Shown one piece after another: positions 59,047 through 64,000 of a stretch of DNA of 64,000 nt. The stretch covers positions 21,187 to 85,186 of the forward strand of contig JAVBPA010000001.1 in NCBI GenBank assembly GCA_031549925.1. The letters are read 5' to 3'. Under the pieces are notes generated by a model. That model was not told the DNA's origin and did no database searches. It saw only the letters and a program-made list of their open reading frames with translations. Position 1 is the stretch's first letter. Each line of letters opens with the position of its first letter. A program made the translations under genes and the position numbers. This DNA comes from Eubacteriales bacterium (GTDB lineage Bacteria > Bacillota > Clostridia > Oscillospirales > CAG-272).

Positions 59047-59655
59047 ATGCTTCGTGCAGATTTATCGTGCTTTGACATTGATATCGAAACATTAGAAAAT
59101 CGGATCGAACCGCAGGGAGCAGTACTTTTTTACGGCAGTTCCACTATAACTGTATGGGGCCACGACCGTTTAAAAAAACAAATGAAAGATATAACCGCAG
59201 TAAATTGCGGATTCGGAGGAAGTACTGCGGAACAAGCGCTTTATTATTACGTAAGAATAGTAAAACCTCGAATACCCAAAGCTCTTGTTTGGTATGAGGG
59301 AGATAATGATATAGCGTGCGGATATACTCCGGAGGAAACATTTTTTTTAACCGAAAGATTATTTAGCTGGGTCAAAAAAGATATTCCGGGGATTTCGATA
59401 TATATATTGCCTCCTAAAAATTGCCCTTCCAGATTTAATCTTATACCGAAATACAATGAATACCGTTTATTGCTTGCTGATTACGCAAAACATAACGAAA
59501 GAGTTTATTATATCGATTATTTATCCATGCTTTATGATAAAAACAATGAAATAAGAAAAGATATTTTTATGGATGATATGCTCCATTTCAATGATTTGGG
59601 GTATATAGAATTATCCGAAATAGTATATAAAAAATTAAAGGAGAATTTAATATGA
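59047..59655 (+). CDS. SGNH/GDSL-like hydrolase
   Basis: Block I is VLFYGSSTITVWG, block II/III is NCGFGGST and block V is DDMLHFN. ATG 59047 follows GGAGG. Confidence 0.6.
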   Translation: MLRADLSCFDIDIETLENRIEPQGAVLFYGSSTITVWGHDRLKKQMKDITAVNCGFGGSTAEQALYYYVRIVKPRIPKALVWYEGDNDIACGYTPEETFFLTERLFSWVKKDIPGISIYILPPKNCPSRFNLIPKYNEYRLLLADYAKHNERVYYIDYLSMLYDKNNEIRKDIFMDDMLHFNDLGYIELSEIVYKKLKENLI

Positions 59656-61112
59656 ATATAGTGAAAATTTCCGCCGAAAACGAAAAAATACGGTTTTATC
59701 TGGATACGCAATGTGATGCTGAATTAATATTAAATGTTTATTCTCCGTCTTTGCGCGAAATAGTAAATTTATGCGGATCTCAGCCGATATCTTTTAAGAA
59801 CGGCATCGGTTGTATTGATCGTTTCGCAGCAGGAAGAGACGGATTATATTTAAAATATGTATTTGATAATACCGGCGGTATAAATTATTGTGATACATAC
59901 GAATTTACATCAATAAACGATTATCCGTATCCGGAATGTGATACTAAAAAAGGATTGCAGGTCGCAATGATTGAAGACGCTATTGAACTTGGCGTAAAAC
60001 ATGCGGCACTCAATGTATGTATCGGTGATTTAATGCGCCGTTTTGACGGTGATGATGTATATACTTATATCCATGACGGAAGAGAATATTATTTTGATAA
60101 AAAAGCTACTGCCGCATGTGACAGGCGTATTAAAGAATTATCAGATCATGATATAATAATTACATTGATTCTGCTTTGTTCAAAGCATTGGACAATAGAT
60201 ACACCGGAAACCATGTATGATATACTTCTTCATCCCGATTATGTTGATGACCGTAAAAACGGAAGAGGATTACTTTCCGCTTTTAATATTATGACAGACG
60301 AAGGTGTTCGTCATTATGCTGCTTTCGTTTCATTTTTGTCTGAACGTTATACAAATCCCAGTCGTGAGTACGGACGCGCCGTAGGACTTATAATATCAAA
60401 CGAAGTAAATTCGCATTATATTTGGGGTAACGCGGGAGAAAAAAATGTTGTTGAATATTCTGCGGAATATACAACCGCGATGAGAATAGCATGTCAGGCT
60501 TCTTCGCGGGTATATTCATTCATGAGGGTATATGTTTCCCTTGACCATTTCTGGACGGGAGCTTTAACAAAACAGGAACCGGAAAAATATACAGGTTCCC
60601 GATATTTACTTGAGGAACTTAATAAAAAAGCCAAAGCTGAAGGCGAATTTTATTGGAACATAGCTTTCCATCCGTATCCCGAAGATTTAAATTATCCGGA
60701 TTTTTGGAATGACAAAACAGCGGAATTTAACAATGATACTTACCGTATAACATTTAAAAACCTAACTGTATTACGTGATTTTATATATGCACCGGAAAAT
60801 TTATTCCGCGGAATCCGCCGCCGTGTTATATTATCAGAACAAGGTTTTAATTCCCACTGGACACCTGAAAGCGAAATGCTTCAAGCTACGGCATACGGCA
60901 GAGCATACCGTGCTGTTATGGAAATACCGGAAATAGACAGCTTTATATTACACGCACATTGCGATAATAAACACGAATTTGGTTTAAATCTCGGTATATG
61001 GAGACGTAAAAAAGACGGTGAAGGAATGGATGCTCCGAAACCGATATACCATGTATTCCGGGCAATAGACAAAAAAGACGAAACCGGAAAATGGCACTGG
61101 CAAAGATATTAA
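59652..61112 (+). CDS. Clan GH-A-like (beta/alpha)8 glycosidase-like protein (DUF5722-type, recalled from memory)
   Basis: LIISNEVNSHYIW is a candidate acid/base NE. VILSEQGFNS is a candidate nucleophile E. AFHPYPEDL is also present. AAGGAG RBS. Confidence 0.45.
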   Translation: MNIVKISAENEKIRFYLDTQCDAELILNVYSPSLREIVNLCGSQPISFKNGIGCIDRFAAGRDGLYLKYVFDNTGGINYCDTYEFTSINDYPYPECDTKKGLQVAMIEDAIELGVKHAALNVCIGDLMRRFDGDDVYTYIHDGREYYFDKKATAACDRRIKELSDHDIIITLILLCSKHWTIDTPETMYDILLHPDYVDDRKNGRGLLSAFNIMTDEGVRHYAAFVSFLSERYTNPSREYGRAVGLIISNEVNSHYIWGNAGEKNVVEYSAEYTTAMRIACQASSRVYSFMRVYVSLDHFWTGALTKQEPEKYTGSRYLLEELNKKAKAEGEFYWNIAFHPYPEDLNYPDFWNDKTAEFNNDTYRITFKNLTVLRDFIYAPENLFRGIRRRVILSEQGFNSHWTPESEMLQATAYGRAYRAVMEIPEIDSFILHAHCDNKHEFGLNLGIWRRKKDGEGMDAPKPIYHVFRAIDKKDETGKWHWQRY

Positions 61113-61133
61113 CCCCCCCCAGCGTGACGCTGG
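61113..61133. other. C8 homopolymer running into a 15-nt perfect palindrome directly after the stop codon
   Basis: cccccccc (61113-61120) overlaps ccagcgtgacgctgg (61119-61133). No T-run follows. Confidence 0.8.
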
Positions 61134-61142
61134 ACCCCTTAA

Positions 61143-61247
61143 GGTCTCCCGGTTTATGTGGCAAAAAACAAATAATAAATCGAACCACAGATTTCCGGTT
61201 CATATACATTGGAAATGATACAATACCCCAAATGGTCTCCCGGTTTA
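61143..61247 (+). repeat. 14-nt direct repeat ggtctcccggttta x2, with a degenerate middle copy
   Basis: Identical 14-mers lie at 61143-61156 and 61234-61247. A related tttccggttca lies at 61192-61202. Confidence 0.8.
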
Positions 61248-61336
61248 CGGAATACAAAATAAATAAAATTTCATAGAATAAACCACAAATTTTTATAATA
61301 TGAATATTTTTAAGAAATAAAAAATAGGTTATTTTA

Positions 61337-62083
61337 ATGATTTATATAAAAAGTATTTCTATAAATAATGATGTGCCGGAAGGTTATGAAACAAAAATAC
61401 CTGCTATAGCAGAAATAATATCAAAAGGTGTATTAAATTTCAATAACGCGGTTACATTTATTACAGGAGAAAACGGAAGCGGAAAATCTACTTTAATTGA
61501 AGCAATAGCTGTAGCGGCTGGATTTAACGCAGAGGGCGGAAGCCGTAATATGAGATTTGAAACATATTCTTCGCATTCGCCATTATATAAATATATTGAT
61601 ATAAATAAAAATTATATTCTTCCGAGGGATGGATATTTTTTACGTGCCGAATCTTTTTATAACATTGCTTCATACATTGAAGAACTTGATTCACAACCCG
61701 CTGCTTCACGTCCGATTAAAGATTCATACGGAGGCAAAACACTTTTCGCATATTCTCACGGAGAAAGTTTTATGGCTCTTGTCAATAACAGGCTCTTAGG
61801 TGAGGGATTGTATATTTTTGACGAACCGGAAGCGGCTTTATCTCCTTATCGTCAGCTGGGATTAATATCGAATATTCATGAGCTTGTACAAAAGGATTCA
61901 CAATTTATAATAGCTACACATTCACCTTTTTTAATGGCATATCCCGGTGCTTCTATATATGTTTTATCGGAAGATGGAATAAAGCTAACCGATTATAACG
62001 AAACTGAACATTATAAAATAACACGTGATTTTATAAATGATTATAAAAGAATGATAAGTTATATAATTTCGAATCAATTATAA
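61337..62083 (+). CDS. Stand-alone ABC/SMC-like AAA ATPase (COG3910-type predicted ATPase)
   Basis: Walker A GENGSGKST, a signature-like SHGESF, Walker B YIFDEPEAALSP and an H-loop ATHSP. No TM domain. Confidence 0.7.
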   Translation: MIYIKSISINNDVPEGYETKIPAIAEIISKGVLNFNNAVTFITGENGSGKSTLIEAIAVAAGFNAEGGSRNMRFETYSSHSPLYKYIDINKNYILPRDGYFLRAESFYNIASYIEELDSQPAASRPIKDSYGGKTLFAYSHGESFMALVNNRLLGEGLYIFDEPEAALSPYRQLGLISNIHELVQKDSQFIIATHSPFLMAYPGASIYVLSEDGIKLTDYNETEHYKITRDFINDYKRMISYIISNQL

Positions 62084-62126
62084 ATTGGAAATAAATAAAA
62101 AGATTTAAATAATTTTTATTATAAAA

Positions 62127-62150
62127 AGCGGAGGATTAGCCTCCTCCGCT
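62127..62150. terminator. Bidirectional terminator hairpin
   Basis: Hairpin agcggagg/cctccgct, preceded by aaaaa and followed by taaaatt. Confidence 0.6.
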
Positions 62151-62182
62151 TAAAATTATAATTTTTTATTTGCTATTACTGA

Positions 62183-62569
62183 TCAACCGCAGCTGTTACA
62201 GCCGTTACAGCCGTTACAATTGTTACAATTATTGCAGCAGCAATCGCCGCATACTACGCAACGGACTTTTCTTCTTATACAGCGAACAAAACGAGCTATT
62301 GAATTATTACATGGATTGCATCCGTTGTTACAGCCGCAGGATGAATCTGTTGAATAAGTAGAATAATTGTTGTTGCATCCGTTGTTACAACCGTTGTTGC
62401 AACCGCAGGATGAAGCAGCCGAATAAGTAGAATTGTTGGAGCATCCGCAGGGAGTTGTTGTTTCATTAGCGCAACCGCAATTGCCTGTGTTTGTTGAATA
62501 TGCAAGAGGATCTGAGTAGCCGTTGCAAATAGAACATCCGCTATTGCATCCATTACATTTAACTGCCAT
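62183..62569 (-). CDS. Cysteine/asparagine/glycine-rich small protein (about 27 Cys in 128 aa)
   Basis: MAVKCNGCNSGCSICNG..SSCGCNNGCNNGCNN..SSCGCNNGCNPCNN..RFVRCIRRKVRCVVCGDCCCNNCNNCNGCNGCNSCG. AAAGGA lies upstream and a terminator downstream. It is the longest of three overlapping frames. Confidence 0.55.
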   Translation of the reverse strand: MAVKCNGCNSGCSICNGYSDPLAYSTNTGNCGCANETTTPCGCSNNSTYSAASSCGCNNGCNNGCNNNYSTYSTDSSCGCNNGCNPCNNSIARFVRCIRRKVRCVVCGDCCCNNCNNCNGCNGCNSCG

Positions 62570-62829
62570 TTATATATATCCTTTCAATGATAACGGTATA
62601 TTACCGTGTTTATGTTAACTTTTTTAGTATAAATTAATCCGATAAATGCAACGGCCTAATTTGTTCTTATACCGTTGTTTCGGTTTTTAGTTATAAAGGC
62701 GTCTGTTTTAACGCTTACTATATTATATTACATACTAAAAAAATTGTGCTATTAAAAATATATACAAATACACGGATACAAAAACACAAAAAAATTTTTT
62801 ACTAATTTACAATCTCAATTAATAATAAT

Positions 62830-64000
62830 ATGCGAATATTTATTTATCTTCCTATTGGTATACCTTTTATATTAAGCATTATAACCTTGGTTTTGGGCGA
62901 AAAAATAAAGCGTAAATTAATTAACATACTTACTTTGTTATCAATTTTATCGGCTTCAATTGTGTGCTTATTATGTTTTGTATCACCTGGAAATTATTAC
63001 AGCTCACTTTTTTATTATAACAAATTAAGCGGTTATTTTTTATTGACCGCGGTTATCGGATTAATTACAACATTAATTTACCAATATAATACAAAAGAAA
63101 ACAACCGGCAAAATTATTTTATCAATTTGTATATGCAGCTTGGTACAGGATTGCTTTGCGGAGTATTTTCCGCGCGTAATAATTATGTAGTATATATAAT
63201 TTTCGCTATGACAACAGTTCTTTCATACCTGATAATAATATCCGGCGGTATAAATAAAACAAATGAAGATAATACGGTAAAACCCGCTTCTTACAAATTT
63301 ATTTACTGTTTTTGTACAAGTATTATATTGCTTTTTATCGGTATATTAATATTATATTTGCAATCGCAGAGCGGTGATACGGAAATAAATAAGGATATTT
63401 TCGGAGCAGGATATTTTTTTGTAATCTTAGGCTTTTCTGCGGCGGTTTGTATTTTCCCGCTTCATTCATGGAATGCCGAAACCGGATACCGCAAAAATAT
63501 AATAGAATATACCTTGATAAATACGATTCTTTCAAAAGCAGGGTTTTATTGTATTATAAGATTTTTTTATTATAACAGCTTTCCGTTTCAAATAAAACAG
63601 ACTTGGGCATATTCGGCTTGGATTGTCCTTGCTGTAATATCGGTAATTATAAATTCATCTATGGCATATAGAGTAAAATCCCAAAAAAAGAAATTCGCTT
63701 ATTTGACAGCGGCTCAGTTATCATATATTATGATAGGTTTAGCTATCGGAAACGATCAAACCTTTACCGGAGCTTTATCTCATTTGTTATTCAGCACGGT
63801 CATTTTTTCGGGTCTATTTATTTGCAGCGGAATATTTTTTGAAAACAAGTCAGACAGTGAATTATATAATAAAAACGGAGTTATAAAAATAAAAAGCAAT
63901 CCTGCGGTTTTGTGCTGTTACATTTTATTATCTCTTTCGGCTGCTGGTATGCCTCTGTTTTGCGGATTTCAAAGTTTATGGCAAATAGCATACGGAGCTT
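62830..64000 (+). CDS. Second, more divergent proton-conducting membrane transporter family protein (partial, runs off the right edge)
   Basis: Not in the track because there is no stop. Translation MRIFIYLPIGIPFILSII..FPLHSWNAETGYRKNIIEYTLINTILSKAGFYCIIRF..LTAAQLSYIMIGLAIG parallels 57257-59032, but the WLPxA motif is degraded. No obvious SD. Confidence 0.55.
   Translation, partial: MRIFIYLPIGIPFILSIITLVLGEKIKRKLINILTLLSILSASIVCLLCFVSPGNYYSSLFYYNKLSGYFLLTAVIGLITTLIYQYNTKENNRQNYFINLYMQLGTGLLCGVFSARNNYVVYIIFAMTTVLSYLIIISGGINKTNEDNTVKPASYKFIYCFCTSIILLFIGILILYLQSQSGDTEINKDIFGAGYFFVILGFSAAVCIFPLHSWNAETGYRKNIIEYTLINTILSKAGFYCIIRFFYYNSFPFQIKQTWAYSAWIVLAVISVIINSSMAYRVKSQKKKFAYLTAAQLSYIMIGLAIGNDQTFTGALSHLLFSTVIFSGLFICSGIFFENKSDSELYNKNGVIKIKSNPAVLCCYILLSLSAAGMPLFCGFQSLWQIAYGA

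Noticed and set aside
62170-62553. Alternative frames (63 aa plus strand, 85 aa minus strand) across the Cys-rich gene
   Set aside because: They are shorter, lack an RBS and terminator logic, and are a by-product of the repetitive GC-rich codons.

Overview
AT-rich chromosomal segment from what looks like an endospore-forming Clostridia-type Firmicute (spoIIR, rnfC, RNase J, GGAGG-type ribosome-binding sites). It mixes core housekeeping genes with glycan and peptide utilisation genes. Housekeeping: rnj, spoIIR, rpsU, leuS, rsfS and the infC-rpmI-rplT operon. infC has a non-ATG start and a leader attenuator. Utilisation genes: GH2, GH36, a six-hairpin glycosidase-like protein, a clan GH-A-like protein, nucleoside hydrolase, PepC, DppA, sugar isomerase/epimerase genes, an amino-acid ABC transporter and two AI-2E transporters. 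One tRNA is present, a stand-alone tRNA-Gln(CUG). It is followed directly by the 3' fossil of a tyrosine-integrase gene and then by a very AT-rich islet (about 34.5-42.8 kb). The islet encodes two ABC permeases bracketed by two paralogous lipoproteins of about 700 aa (solute-binding module plus an unexplained N-terminal half of about 300 aa), a 427-aa unknown protein and a fossil of a further paralog. I rank four items as most worth follow-up. (1) That islet. (2) A single-polypeptide sigma-70/ECF-like factor fused through one TM helix and a T/E/S linker to an extracellular BspA-type LRR domain. (3) A 128-aa protein with about 27 Cys in CxxC/GCNN repeats, lying between two orphan, divergent NuoL/M/N-MrpD-family membrane proteins. 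(4) A REP-like hairpin element present three times, one copy interrupted by a perfect 18-bp x5.8 tandem array. I found no rRNA, no CRISPR array and no intact mobile element. All family assignments rest on motifs read by eye from the translations; no database search was run.
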